From Octopus sinensis (lineage: Eukaryota), in assembly GCF_006345805.1 (NCBI RefSeq), contig NW_021831849.1, positions 235,188 to 299,187 of the forward strand: 64,000 nt of DNA. Reading direction: 5' to 3'. A program made the position numbers and the translations under genes. Positions 40,151 through 53,530 of this stretch are shown piece by piece (the first letter of the stretch is position 1; the number at the start of each line of letters is the position of its first letter). The notes beneath the pieces are model-generated. The model made no database searches. It was not told where the DNA came from and saw only the letters and a list, made by a program, of their open reading frames with translations.

Positions 40151-40295
40151 TATTTTATAACACCATATTAATTTGATGTCAGAAATCATTCGAGTAACGA
40201 GAATTATATCCCAAATTGGCTGAAGATAGTAGTTTTTAAGCTTGTTATCAAATTTTTCTATTCTTACTTTTTGTAACAGAAAAAGTACACTCTGG

Positions 40296-40720
40296 TGGTA
40301 CAGGCTATCAAACGAAAAAATACAAATAGTGAATTCGAGGTTGAAACGATTTATTGAGTGAGAAAAATAGATAGAAAGCAAAAAGAATATCTTATAAAAT
40401 GGAAGAATTATTCACTGTTATTTGATAATTTGTTAATATAAATTTAGTGAGGATAATACATGGGAACCCATAACAAATTTGAACTGCTCTGAACTTATTG
40501 GAGATATTGAAAATAAAAATCATAATACTAAAAAACAAAATCTTAATTCCCGAAATAAATTAAATTTAAATACCTCTAAATCAAAAAATTGGATAGCAAT
40601 CATCAAAAGCGTTTATCTTCTACAAATGTAAGATTCCATTTTATGTTATATTTTAGTGTTCTGAAATCAATTTGACACAAATTGATAAAATAAAAAATAT
40701 TATTCGTGAGAACGAAACAT
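40296..40720 (+). pseudogene. HP1-like pseudogene, 3' deleted
   Basis: Homologous exons 1-3; start mutated to GTG, frameshifts, exon 4 missing. Confidence 0.85.
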
Positions 40721-41464
40721 TTTTTTTGAAACCTTTTTGGCTAATGAATTATTCTCTCTTTTTTCACATTTAATCATACAATACTTATCTTTCTACTTCG
40801 GAATTAAACAACCAGATGTTTACATGACCCCATTTTAAATAGACAATTGACACAATCTCTCATGGATTTAAAAGATTTAGAAGCAAAATCACTGTTTTTC
40901 AAAATATTAATTCTTAATTTATTGCAAAAATATAAATTTCGTTGTTTTGTTTCCAATTTTGTTAAAAACCTCGTATAGTTGCTTTCTTTATTATCCGTTC
41001 TATCCCTATTGACAAGACACTAATTTTGATGCGCGGTACAGACCGACGATCTTGCCTGCCACTCAGTCGCATGTCATAACGAAATTAAATGCTCCTAGCA
41101 CAATAGAAAACTAAACCAGATCATCTGTCAGTCACTCTGGAACTTCTTGATTCAACGCTCAACTGGAACCGAGTGGAATATTTTCTCGAGATTTCAAGAG
41201 GTACGATAAAATGATGACATTTCAATTCTTAAGAGGAAGTGTCTGGGTTGAGAAATTAGTTACATGAATTCCTTTTTCAACAATAATATGTGTGAATCAT
41301 TCAAAATTCCTTGAGCCGATCCAAACCAATTTAATGGAATAGCGCGAGAAATATACTAATGTCAGGAATTGCAGAATATTTGTTTCCATAATGTCGATAC
41401 GTCTGGAATACAGTGGAATGAATGATCGGCAATTTATCATAGCACATTAAAATGGGGAAAATAA

Positions 41465-42600
41465 GTCATGGAACGCGTATCTTTTTTTTCATTTGACATG
41501 AGTAATTGCACTAACATAATTTTGTGTTATGAAGTTTGTATTATTGACGTTATAGACAAATAAAGAAATTATAGCGTTTCTTAAAGATGATGTATTCCAG
41601 ATGGGGTAGCTTAGAATCACATTGATTCGAATTTTAGTAGGACGGCATCATTCTTCAGATTGTCCGACTCTCCGAAACACATAGTTTATTTTAACATATC
41701 CGAGATCTTATTACGTACCTTAGCTTTGAGAAGGTAGAAGAAAAGAAAATATTTATCAAAAATCTCCATCTAACTAAAGGGCAACATGGACGAGACAAAC
41801 TGCTTTTTCTTCTTTAAGATACTGTTTATGGATCTTGTAGAAGTGGGGTTATGTCTGTTCTCAAATCCTGTTGTCAATGTCAGGCAAGAAAGCTTATGAA
41901 CACCATGCCAATAATTAAGGTTATAAGAGCCTATAGAGTGAGAGAAAGGTATCACTATTTAGTCTAATATTAGATCAATTTTCGATCTAACGGATTTACG
42001 TCATTATGCACAGAGAACGAAAATTATGCATTGGTTTTGGTTTGAATACTGTGGAATGGATGATCGGGAAGTGTCCAACGCAATAAATAAAAAAATATTA
42101 ATGTTTAGAAAACCCTTAATTTTTCATACGAAAAATGGAAAGGAATTTGTCAACGAAAAAATTTCCCGATTATGCGAGGAGTACAGGATAAAGCATGTAA
42201 GAGGTAGTGCAAGGTGCCTCGTTCTCAGCGTGCTATCACACAAAACCGGTGACAATTATTAACATAGGATAGCAGCCTAAATTTGCTGAGGATGGTACGT
42301 TTTTAACCTTATTAGAAAAAAAAATTACTTAAAAAATACGAAATTACATCCAATTAATATTTATTTGAGTATAGCCCTTGCAAATTTCTTGTTGACAGTT
42401 TAATGGGATCTCATGTTGCTTCTGACCTATTTGTAGGCTTAACTATATACCAAATACAATTTTAGTTTATAATTTTTTCCCAATTTTTACGGATAATATT
42501 CATTATTTTCTCAATTTGTGTCTTTTTGATTCTAGAATTGTGCGAAATTAACGTAGAATAGAATTTCACATTTGTAGGTAAAAGCGTTCCACGTTTGTTA
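41465..42600 (+). mobile_element. Degenerate Ginger/KRBA2-like integrase element
   Basis: PLIFHTKNGKEFVN...IKHVRGSARC (rve-type). Short terminal inverted match TGGAACGC/GCGTTCCA. Sibling on the minus strand at ~58200-58900. Confidence 0.65.
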
Positions 42601-42623
42601 ATTAGTTTATTGTTATTATAAGT

Positions 42624-44419
42624 AAACTTAAACCCCTCTATAATCCTATCCCCTTATAATGGCACTCCGCTTATAGCCACAACATTTTTTGGTTCTTCTT
42701 TGAATTTCTCTTTATAATGCCAAACCCTGCCACTCAGTTATTGCCACGCCAAATTATGTGCCTTATCCGATATAAAGCCATTCAAATTTTTAAATTATTA
42801 TTTTTAAGTCGTATAAATTACACTAATTTATTATTGCTTTGAGACTTATAACGTGTATACATCTATGTACCGACTATGATAGTTGGGCATAAGAGACGAA
42901 GATTGGAAGAAGAAAAATAATCAACATCACTCTTCTGTATTTTTATTTTAAAATTTAAATTAACCGGTTATAGGTTACGTGATATTAGCACTTAAATTGA
43001 GAGAATGGTAAATAGTGAAATCTGTAGAAGACTATCTCTTAATTTTAAGCATAAAAACGAAATACTTGAATATCATAACAATAATAAACATAAAACTCAT
43101 AAGGAAATTGCTGATCACTTCTCAAAAATATGGAGACTATTTGTCAAAAGAAGGACTGTTTGTGAAATACTACGACACAGAGAGAAATTAGAAAACTTAA
43201 ATGATTATAACTCAAAAGCTAAGCACACTAAATCTGGGAAGCATTTGGATTTGGAGGAAGCTCTTTTGATTTGGTTTGTAAACAAAAGGTCTCAAAATAT
43301 TGTTTTGAATGATGAAATATTACGGAACAAGCAAAAAAATTTGGAAAAGATTTAGGAATTATGGATTTCAAATATTCAAATGGATGGATGCATCGGTTTA
43401 AGCGAAGACATAACATTGGAATCCATATATTTTATAAATCCATATCAATTTGATGTTAGAAATCATTCGAGTAACGAGAATTATTTCCCAAATTGGCTGA
43501 AGGTGGTAGTTTTTACGCTTTTTATCAATTTTTCTATTTTTATTTTTGTCACAGAAAAAATACACTCTGATTGTATGCTATAAAATGAAAAAAAAACAAA
43601 TATTGACTTTGAGGTTGAAGCGATTCATGGAGTAAGAACAAATTGAAAGAAACAAAAAGAATATCTGATGAAATTAAAGAATTATTCCACGTTTATTGAT
43701 AAGTTGTTTATTTAAATACAGTGATGATAATACATGAAAACGCGTAAGAAATTTGAACTGTTCTGAACATATTGAAGATTTTCAAAAATAAAAATCATAA
43801 TACTATTGGAATTAATCAACCAGACGTTTACATGACCGCATCTTGAATAGACGATTGACACAATCTCTGACTGATGTTAAAGATTGTAAAAGCAAAATTT
43901 GTCATGTCAAAACTTATAACACTAAAAATTCGAGAAAAGAAATTGTTGATCAAAATCTATTTAATCAACTAATTTTAACATTGAATATTAATGATGAGAT
44001 GGATTTCAACGAATATGGTTAAATGGGCACTAATGCTAAAACATACTGTAATATTGAAGAGCAAATATTGTCTACACTTCGAAAAATCAATGACAGTGAT
44101 GAAGAAGACATAAAAGAAGACTTTACTAAAAAAGACCTTCTGAAAGTGAAATAGCTAATGCATTCGAAGTTATTCTGCGTGGGATCGAGTTTACTCAAAG
44201 GATGTCGGAAAAAAGCTTACAATATATTAAACATATTAAAAGGGAATATCGGGATTGTCCAAAAAATAGTTATAGACAGTCAACGATTGTGGAGTTTTTT
44301 TAATAAATATTAAATATTTTATGTTTAATTAATTTTAGCGAGGACGCGTTATAATGCCACCCCGCTTATTGCCATGAAATATTTTGTTTTTTTCGTGGCA
44401 ATGTGAAGAGGGTTAAGTG
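42624..44419 (+). mobile_element. Tigger/pogo element with CENP-B-type HTH ORF, centre replaced by an HP1 chromodomain fragment
   Basis: TIRs AACTTAAACCCCTCT / AGAGGGTTAAGTG+TA; LEEALLIWF...FKYSNGWMHRFKRRHNI. Confidence 0.8.
43575..43805 (+). pseudogene. HP1-like chromodomain-only fragment
   Basis: Sister of 26990-27212; contains stops. Confidence 0.8.
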
Positions 44420-45673
44420 TATTAGTTCTTAATTTATTTGACAGATATAAATTCTGTTGTTTAGTTGCATGATTATTATTTTCAAAATCTTGTCTAAGCT
44501 TACTTGATTTAAATTTTTTACTGGTTCCTATGTATAATCATACCATAATATTTGTGATTTGTCAAATAATATTGAAAAGTTTTTCAATTTTATTTTTTCC
44601 TTTTTATCCTCACTAAATTTATTAGTATTCAGACACCAATTACTCAATGGGTTATGAATTATCTGCACTAGATGCACACCATAAGATATTGGAATCTCAA
44701 CACATTCGTGGAAGTCGCATCCCACGCGAGTGATCGGTCTTTTAGAAGGAAAAGATTTCAGAGATCCCAAGGAATTTATATTCCTTATTCAGAGGATCTC
44801 GCTGGCTGTTTTACGCGGGAATTGTCTCTAATCCTGCGAGCCTGCACTTAATAACTAGATTATTCCGTTTTTATATTTAGTTATTAATGATTTGGTTATG
44901 GTCCAACAATTCAATAAAATTAGTTAGTTAGTACTTCCGAAAATAAAAATCATAATACTATTGGAATTAATCAACCAGATGTTTACATGACCGCATCTTG
45001 AAATTTGCCATGTCAAAACTTATAACACTAAAAATTCGAGAAAAGAAATTGTTGATCAAAATCTATTGAATCAACTGATTTTAACATTGAATATTAATGA
45101 TGAGATGGATGTCATAAGCATTAAAGTGCCTAAGTTTTCGTTCATGACGTACTCTCCACTATCCTCCCAGTCAGTCTTTTCCATCCAGTCTTGTTCCTCG
45201 CTCGTTTGAGAATGTCTTCAAGATCGTCACCGGTTTTGAATCGGTCGCCAATTCTCGCGTAATCATCCCTCAGGCAGAGAGGAAGCGTGCGTCCAATCCT
45301 GTTATACAACTCGGGAACTTTGACGCTTTTCATAGAAATGGACCTTCACAGACTAGACGCTTTTCATAGAAAGCAATTAGAAAAATCGTGGGTATCAAAT
45401 GGCCACAGACCATCGAAAACGACACTCTCAATAAAATTCTGTCAATAAGTAAAAGATTTTCCCAACAAATTGCCAAACGTAATTAAAATATGCCAACTGT
45501 GAATTTCATTAGGATTTAATATAATTATTCACAAAATAAATCTTTTTAGAACGTTTTAAATGACAAACGCGTTTATTGTCTCAAAAACTCAGAAATAATA
45601 TTCTTTATAGTGACATTATTAGCATATCAACTACTCATATAAAAAAGAGACAGTAGGTAAATACGAAAAAAAG

Positions 45674-47452
45674 TCAGTAAATACGAAATAAAGAAGAATC
45701 TCCGGGTATTGACAAATGCTTTGAAATATATGGAACTGTTTTATCAGGAGAAGTCGATTCAACTCTTAGTGATTGCGGAAAATCCTCAACTCCTCGAAAT
45801 AATAAATTAACTTGAGATGCCACAACATCAGATTCCGGAGATATCACATAAAAACACTTTTTAGACACATCAATGTACCAAACAATTCCTAAAAATAATC
45901 CTGACTTATTTATACCAAATCCAAGACAGTCACATAAAATATTCGAATCAACAATTCCTGGCAAATTTTCAACTTTTTGGATCTAAAATTAAAAAAATAA
46001 TCAACTTCTTCATTATCCACTTTACAAAGTGCAATCCATGTACCGTTGAATGCACGTAAATACTTATAAATATAAAAATGCTTCAATACCTGATCTATTG
46101 AACCAAGATTTGTTTCATAAATAGAAAGACAAACACTCTGAAAATCAAACCGAAGTGGAGGAGTCGTAAAAATAAGGCGGGAAATAGGAAGTTTAGTCGA
46201 TTGTCTGAAAATATAGCTCAACGTAGACAGCTCTCTAAATGCACTGTTACTGAAAAATGTTTTTGATCTAAAATTAATAATTTAGAAAAATAACCTATAT
46301 GAGTTGATTTTATTAATTTCTATTAATTTATAATTTATTATAATATTTTTCGTTATTCCTAATCTCAATGATCTTGAAGTATTAATAAATTCTTGATTTA
46401 ATGGAGGGAAATTCATGTCAGTTCTTGTGGTACCAGAATTAAGCTGAAAAACCAATGTTGGATTACATATTCTAATAATATCTGCCATCAGAGGAACTCC
46501 AATTCCTAAATAAATTAAAATCCAAATAAACCACAAGAAAATCCCATTGTATTGACAAGAACGACTCCACACTCCTCCATCAAAGGTCCAACTAAATATT
46601 CCAGGCAATCAAGGTATCTCCTGGTCGAATCACAGCGACAACTCCCATAATAAATAGTCCTAATCCCAGTAATCTCATTATTGAACGACTGGCCTAAAAA
46701 TTGTTCATTTTGTTGGGAAAACCGAAATAAGGCACATTCAGTCTGGCAACTGACATAGATCCAGGAACACTAAATTCTTTTTGTCCAATGTCAGCATCGA
46801 CCACAAGAACACTGCCATGTTCAGAGATAACACGATTGGCACAATATCTCAATAATGTACTCTTCCCAACATTTGCACCACCAGAAAACAAAACAATCTT
46901 TTTTGAATATTTTATTTGTAATATTTCGTCAGCCACATTTTTATAATATGGGAATGTATCATCAAGTATATTCCAATCATTAAAAATATGTTCAGTTAAA
47001 TAAAAAACCATTTTATAATCATTTAAAGCATCTTTTTGTATATATGAACTGTAACGTGAACAAACTTGTAATAAATTATTGTTTTTTGGCGCGAAAAGTA
47101 CCAATGAATAATTTTTAATTGAAGAAACGAAATTCAATATTTCGTAAATTAAATTATTGGGTATTTGATTGTCGATTAATATTTGTTGATTAATTATTTG
47201 ATCGTCGTTTTTTGTATTGGAAATTTTGAGTAGCTGATGGGGAGTTAGCATTGTTATATTCGTCCATGAATTGTCAATTTTTGCCCCAAAACACGAGACT
47301 TGGCCAAAAACAGACAATATTTCTGCCGAGCCGTGGAAATAGACTTCTTTCTCTATTAAGCAGAGATAGGAGTGTTTCCCTGTAGGCCAATATCTAAAAT
47401 AAAGCACTGAAATTGATTACGGAATGGTGATTTTACACTCCACCTCAGTCAT
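45674..47452 (-). CDS. NOL9: Polynucleotide 5'-hydroxyl kinase NOL9/Grc3 (Clp1 family)
   Basis: P-loop GGANVGKSTLLRYCANR, DADIGQKEFSVPG, VNTMGF, CLGFGI...VNLLFRG; joined by micro-introns. Confidence 0.9.
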
Positions 47453-47540
47453 TAATAAACAACAAAACAAATAACGTGAAAATATTTTTTTATTTTAAAA
47501 TTATTTATTAATTTTATTTAAATTTAATTATAAAATAATT
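47453..47540. promoter_or_regulatory. Putative bidirectional promoter of NOL9 and TELO2 (88 bp)
   Basis: Divergent ATGs at 47452(-) and 47541(+) separated by a very AT-rich spacer. Confidence 0.55.
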
Positions 47541-50136
47541 ATGTGCAACGATGACTCTGTGCAGGCTGTATTTGCCGATTTAAGATGTTTAATCTGGAAA
47601 TTTTCAATTGAAGAATTCAAGGATATATTAAAACGTGTCGAAAACATTATTTTTGTGTCAAAAAATATTAATTCAAATGAATATTATACATTTATTCTAT
47701 TTTTGGTCAAAATAATCACAACATGCTCAATTCAATTAAAGTTTTTAGAAAAAAGAATTTTTAAATTTTTTAAATTTTTATATCCTTGTAATAATTTTCT
47801 TATTTTATCAAACTCAATTTGTAATCACTGGTTAACCTAATTTATATAAAACAATAGTACTCCAAATGGGACACTTATTTCATTTTAAGTTCAATGATCG
47901 ACGACCAGGAATGTATTACAAATCTAATTCTAAATCTTTTCGAACCTGACCAGCAATTTCACCAGAAATTAAATTTTATTTTGTATTTTCCGGATAAAAT
48001 GGCCAATAAATTCAAACATGATATTCCGTTTTAAATGTTTTTATTATTTTAGTGAATCTTTTCGTAGTGAAATATTCTTTTCGGCAATTTGCAAATCATT
48101 GGTATCTATAGATTATAATCCCGGGGATGAGAAATTGTCTAAAATGGCTGCAATGGTCGGATTAATCTGCTCTTTGTCATATTCAGGTTAATTCTGTAAT
48201 TTCTTTTTCAGATTTAGTTTGGGAACATTTTATGTTTCCCTTGTTTTTAAAGGATGGAAATTATCTGAAGGTTGGTCGTCTGATTGCTGAAATGAGCAAT
48301 TCTCATATCGAGGACTTTTTCCGAATGGTTTTGATTCAAAACATCAAGTTTTTATATTTTTTAAAGTTTATTCAAAGCTTGAACAACTGGAGTGAACTTT
48401 TGGCCAATTTAGGGCATTCTGAGTTTTTCAAAAATCACGTTTTGATTAAAGCTTTTTTTCAATGGAACTATTTTTCAGTTTTTCAGTTTCTGTGATTTTT
48501 TAGAATGTGGTTGTGCGGAATTTAGTTGCAATAATCATCTCGGAAGTTTTTCGTTCTGAGCTGCTGATAAAAGTTTTGAGATTCGTTCACTGTTTTTAGT
48601 TTGTTAAGGACGTTATAACTCTGTTGGGAAATGAATCATTTTTAAAACATGCTTCTATGGAACATCAGAATTATATGTGTAGACTCCTCTCTCATTCTCT
48701 TGGATGTCTGTCTAATGAAGAACTTGGCATTAATTCGAAAGGTATTTTAAAACGAATTTTATCAAAACAATTTTAATAAAACTGTAGAATTAAAGGAAGG
48801 ACTTTTAATTTGTGTAAATCGTGGGCTCCAGACGAATGTTGAAATAACTCAATATCAAATAATAACAATTCTGAATCTGTTTTTTAACAAATTGGATCCT
48901 TCAGGAGAAATTCCACAATTTGAAATTCCTTCACATCTACAAAATGATAGTCGTTTAGTCGAGCTAAAGCAGCTCTTTAACAATTCATTTGAACAAAAAT
49001 TGGAATATTGTATAAAAGAAAATGACGAGAATGACAAAAACGTTCTCAAAAATTATGAAAATGACATTTCGGACGACTTTGCACTCGATAGCGATGACAG
49101 TTTTGAAGCATATGATTTTCCAACATCCAACAGACGAACACTCCACCTTCGTCAATGTATTGAAGAACTCAAGATTGAAGACGACCTAAAAAGATTCAAA
49201 GACACATTCTTAAATCTGGACTCCATAATTAGACAAAAACCTCCTGAAGCAGTTTTTGAGGTTACAAATTGTTCATTTCACGATAGGTTTGTGACAAAAT
49301 TATTATTGTCGTTATACATTTGTTTAACGTTTACGCTCTTGATGATTTTTCTGCAAAAAAAGTGTCGATTATGACACGTCTGTTGGTCATTTTCCCTGAG
49401 CAGTGTGGGATGGTCGCAATCAAAGAGTTTTACTCAAATAATATAAATCATGTTAAAAAACTTGAAATTTTGGAGGCATTTGTTAAAGCAGCTCGAGAAA
49501 TGTCGACTCCTGTCCCACTTTCGTTACCAGAGAATGTCAAGCCAGTAAAAAAATGCGGAAAAACCCGAATAATTTCATCTGGGCCGCAAAGGCCTGTTAA
49601 ATACGTGTCAAACTGTAATGCTGGTTTTTTATTCTTTCCTCTTGCCACTGGATTTAATTGGTATTCTATTGAATAATATTTGATATAGTAAATCTGGAAT
49701 GCCGAATTTAGCAGAAAATGAGCCGATTCTTTTTCAAAGAGTGATTTATACATTGGCTACTTTATATCAGTCATCTTCAGTTTATTCTTCGGTATTACAT
49801 TGATATTTAAATTTAAGAGGATGACGAATATATTGGGGGAGTTAATATGTTCTTTTAGAACTCATAGTGACGCGTTTATGATTTGGTGATTAAATTTATT
49901 TTTAGATCTGTGAGGATTTCTCTTCTTTTTGCTTCTACTATGCTTTTTATTGGAGCTCCGTCAACTATTCATTCAGACTTAGGAGAACTTTTTACGATTC
50001 TCTTCAAATGGCTTTCTCGTATTGTGACTTTATTTATAAATCAGATATTGAAATCAATGACAACAATTTCAAAAATCGTGCTTTGGCTTCATATGCATTA
50101 TCTCTTATGTATAAAATCGTTGCTCATATCAGTTGA
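47541..50136 (+). CDS. TELO2: Telomere length regulation protein TEL2 homolog (TTT complex)
   Basis: LDSDDSFEAYDF (CK2/PIH1D1-binding DSDD motif), LHLRQCIEEL, KTRIISS, AGFLFFPL; many micro-introns. The 5' exon model is tentative. Confidence 0.85.
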
Positions 50137-50814
50137 TTTATCCTTATTTCTATAAAACTTTTTTTGTTTATGATTTTGTATAAAACTTTTTTTTGTTTAA
50201 ATGAAGTTTTTTATTGTAATAATTGAGATAACTGACAACTGGATTAACTCTGATGTGTTAATTTTATTATAACTCCTCTGAAGTCTTTGTCCGGAATCGC
50301 TTTCTTTCTTTGGTCAGGTGAGGGCGAAGATTGCTAAGCAAAATAAGGATCGCATCGAGACTCGTCATCTTTTCCAAAATGATACTCCAGAATATGTGAT
50401 AAATAAAAAATTCGCGAATCCCGTTATTTATGCTAAAGCAGAATTCCTTTTTAATCAATTGTCGAAAAACAAGATTTTATTAAGTGACACATTTTTTAAA
50501 GATACAGCGGTCAGTCTTCATGAACATGGAAAATATTTCTTGCAAAATTGTGTTTTCATTAAGAAATATTTTAAATTAAAAAAAACTATTAAGCAATTCT
50601 TTTATAATACGGAGCAAAATGATTATTTAAATTAAGTGATGAAAAAGTACAAATTCACTGTTTTTGCAAATAAAAACATAAGTAATGATAATAGGAGATC
50701 CATAAGAAAAAAATAAATTTTAATACAATGAGCATAACTGAGCTGTCGAAGAGAACAAGAAGTGGCACCTCACAAACCTCCTTTGCCTTTAGCTTCTACT
50801 TTTCTGGCTTTATG

Positions 50815-51032
50815 GACTTCCGAAGTTTTGGATAAGTTCACCACAGTTCAAATTCCTTAAAGGTTCTCGAATATTTCCATCACTAAGCTTATATAAGCAA
50901 ATGATCATATAAAATTGAAAAATTTTCCATTTTATGAAATATTTTTTTACTTTCTTTTCACTTATTCTCATTCCATGAATTGACCCAACTTTAAATTCAG
51001 TATTTTTAACATTTCGTTTAATAACAATATTT
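50815..51032 (-). pseudogene. Diverged HP1-like chromodomain fragment in inverted orientation
   Basis: KRNVKNTEFKVGSIHGMRISEKKVKKYFIKWK..|..DGNIREPLRNLNCGELIQNF with the same intron 1 position. Confidence 0.75.
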
Positions 51033-53088
51033 GTCACAGTCCGATAAAGAAACACGCCGTTAATGAAACGCCAACATCAAATTGACAAAAAATCATATCG
51101 AAAAAAAGATAAATTAATACAAATCGTCATTGGAAATAATTAATTAGTTATAAATGTGACCGTCCATAGAATGGACACGCCATTAAATGGACACTAGGTG
51201 CTTTGAATAGGGTAACAAGTCGAAGTGGTCGCAGTTTTTTTAGGCCTTTTAAAAAATCTAATAATTTTTGAGGTGGAATATATTATATTTTATTTAAGTC
51301 GCTCTATCAATAATTTAAAATATTATTAAATTTTTTACTAATTTATTTTCTAATTTTTTTAATATTATGGCGAGCATGTACCTAATATTGATATAAACTG
51401 GCACTATAGGTCACATGGAAAATTCTGTTGTGGACTTATGCAACATCAAATTCCGACAGCTCCCAATAAGTAAGGAGGATGCAGTGCATTTTCTGCAAAA
51501 TGTGGATATCCTTTCAAAATCACGTATATGTCCGAAGGGACATCAGATGGAATTAGTCTTGGGACCGAAGCTCAATTGGAAATGCTCAAGAGTTGGTTGT
51601 AGAGTCCAATGTTCTATTAAAAAAGGTATAATTTCTCTCAAATAATTCTAGATACCTGGTTAGAGAATTGTAGATTGCCATTTGAGGATGTCATCGCCTA
51701 CATATACTTATGGAGTTACGATAGGCATACCTTCAAATGGCTTCATCACGAATACAATTGGGGTGAACATACATATGTCGATTGGGCTATGTTTTTACGT
51801 GAAGTCTGTGTGGACGCACTTGTTAAAAGATCTGACGGCAAAATTGGTATTATTAATGTTTATTTCAGTGGTCCTGGTATGATTGTGGAGGTAGACGAGA
51901 GTATGTTTTCCAAACGGAAAAACAACTCTGGAAGAGTTTTACCAAAACAGTGGGTCTTCGGTGGTATTTGTCGAGCCACCAAACAGTGTTTTCTGCAACC
52001 AGTCGCGGATAGGAGCAGAGAAACACTGCTCAGTCTAGTAATTCGATATGTCGAGGTGGGAAGCATTATTTATAGTGACTGCTGGAAAGGTTAGCATTAT
52101 TTGATTAACATTTAGGGTATTCAACTGATCAATTGGTTGAAAACGGCTACACACACGAAACGTTAACCATAAGTAAGGAAATATAATATATTCAGAAAAT
52201 TCTTTGTGGATCCAACGACGGGAGTGCACACCCAGACAGTAGAACGAATGTGGGGAAGTGCAAAATGCAAGAATAAAGCTCAAAGAGGAGCTGTAAGACA
52301 TCATCTGGGATCTTATTTCGCAGGTTTTTTTAGTTAGTTATTTTTTCAGAATTTATGTGGCGAAAACAAATACAGAACTATAAGGAATGTTTTGCACAGA
52401 TTGTAAAAGACATAAATTCCTTCTACAGTCCTGGAATTTGGATGCCGCGTACTAAAAATGACTAAATTGGTTAAATAAATTTTTAAATAATTTTAATAAC
52501 CATTTAAATTATTGATAGAGGGTTATAAATTAAATAATCTATTTTTCACTAAAAAAATTAATTAATTTTAATTATCTTCTAAAAAAACTGCGACCACTTC
52601 GACAAAAGTACCGAAATAACTTAAATTTTCCATTGAATCCCATAAAATAATTTATAAGTAGACCTTAATAGAAAAAGTAAAATCAATGAATACTGAACGC
52701 TAATTTGGTTTAGGTATGTGAAGGGGTAATATTTGACAGATCTCATTGCTATTTCTCGTTTCAATCTCTAAAATTAGGTCTTCTAATCACAAATGAACTG
52801 TGCAGACAGGCTTGCTCCTTCAGAAGATTCTTGTTTGACATTTTAATACATTATGAAGCATTTAGAATTTTTTCTCATTATTCTAAAATATCAATTATTA
52901 ATTTTAAAAATATTATTTTTATTTATGAAATCGGTTTTAAAGCACATTCTGCTTGCATCGATTTTAATTTTTGTAATTGAATATATTTAAACCCAAATAC
53001 CAGCCCTCAGCTATTTGTCAAAATCAATTTTTTTTCTAATTTGATGTTGGCGTTTCATTAACGGCGTGTTTCATAAACGGACTGTGAC
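51033..53088. mobile_element. Unclassified non-autonomous TIR element hosting a Merlin insertion
   Basis: ~50-bp TIRs GTCACAGTCCG..AAACACGCCGTTAATGAAACGCCAACATCAAATT; AATATTT on both flanks. Confidence 0.75.
51211..52612 (+). mobile_element. Merlin (IS1016/ISXO2-like DDE) transposon; transposase 51415-52465 with micro-introns and a frameshift
   Basis: TIR core GTCGAAGTGGTCGCAGTTTTTT at both ends. CPKGH..WKC..C, VEVDES.F.KRK, WVFGGI, IYSDCWKGY, VNH..FVDP.TGVHTQ.VE..W, YFAEFMWR. Confidence 0.93.
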
Positions 53089-53114
53089 AATATTTATCGC
53101 TCACTTTGACATAA

Positions 53115-53183
53115 TTATCGCCCCTTTGTACAAAATTTTTGCCCCTAGGGGGCGGCGATTCGCTCCCAGTTGAGAACACCTGC
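53115..53183. mobile_element. Isolated Buster/Charlie-type terminus
   Basis: GCCCCTAGGGGGCG...GTTGAGAACACCTG, similar to 15210-15250. Confidence 0.6.
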
Positions 53184-53289
53184 ATAGGAGGATGATTAAA
53201 AACAATATAAATCAATTATTATTTATTTTATAGAAAAATTAAATCTGAAATATAATTAAAAATGTATCCATCAATTATCAGAGTATGAT

Positions 53290-53530
53290 CGATATCAGAC
53301 AACATATGCAATTCCCCTTCGACGATATGGGTTGGAGACAGGCAACCCTCCCGTTATCTTTTGGAGGGCTCGGCATCCGCTCATGTTCCGACCTATCGTT
53401 CTCTGCTTTTCTCTCGTCCGTCTCCGCGAGCCACACACTAGTCATGGAAATTCTACGCTCCTTTTCTGAATTTTTCTTGGACACAAATGTGGCTCATTTC
53501 AGCGAATTCTGGAGAAAACAAGGATTCTGC
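53290..53530 (+). mobile_element. CRE-like RT fragment
   Basis: WRQATLPLSFGGLGIRSCSDLSFSAFLSS. Confidence 0.7.

Noticed and set aside
42624-44419. Tigger element carrying an HP1 fragment in two copies (Pack-TIR style transduplication)
   Set aside because: Identity with 26875-28020 extends past the right TIR into flanking DNA, so the second copy is a segmental duplication, not a transposition.
50318-50635. 105-aa ORF downstream of TELO2
   Set aside because: No ATG start, no recognisable domain and no supporting exon structure; probably repeat debris.
51415-52465. Bacterial IS1595/ISXO2 contamination or recent horizontal transfer
   Set aside because: The gene contains spliceosomal micro-introns and is nested in eukaryotic repeats, so it is a Merlin element.
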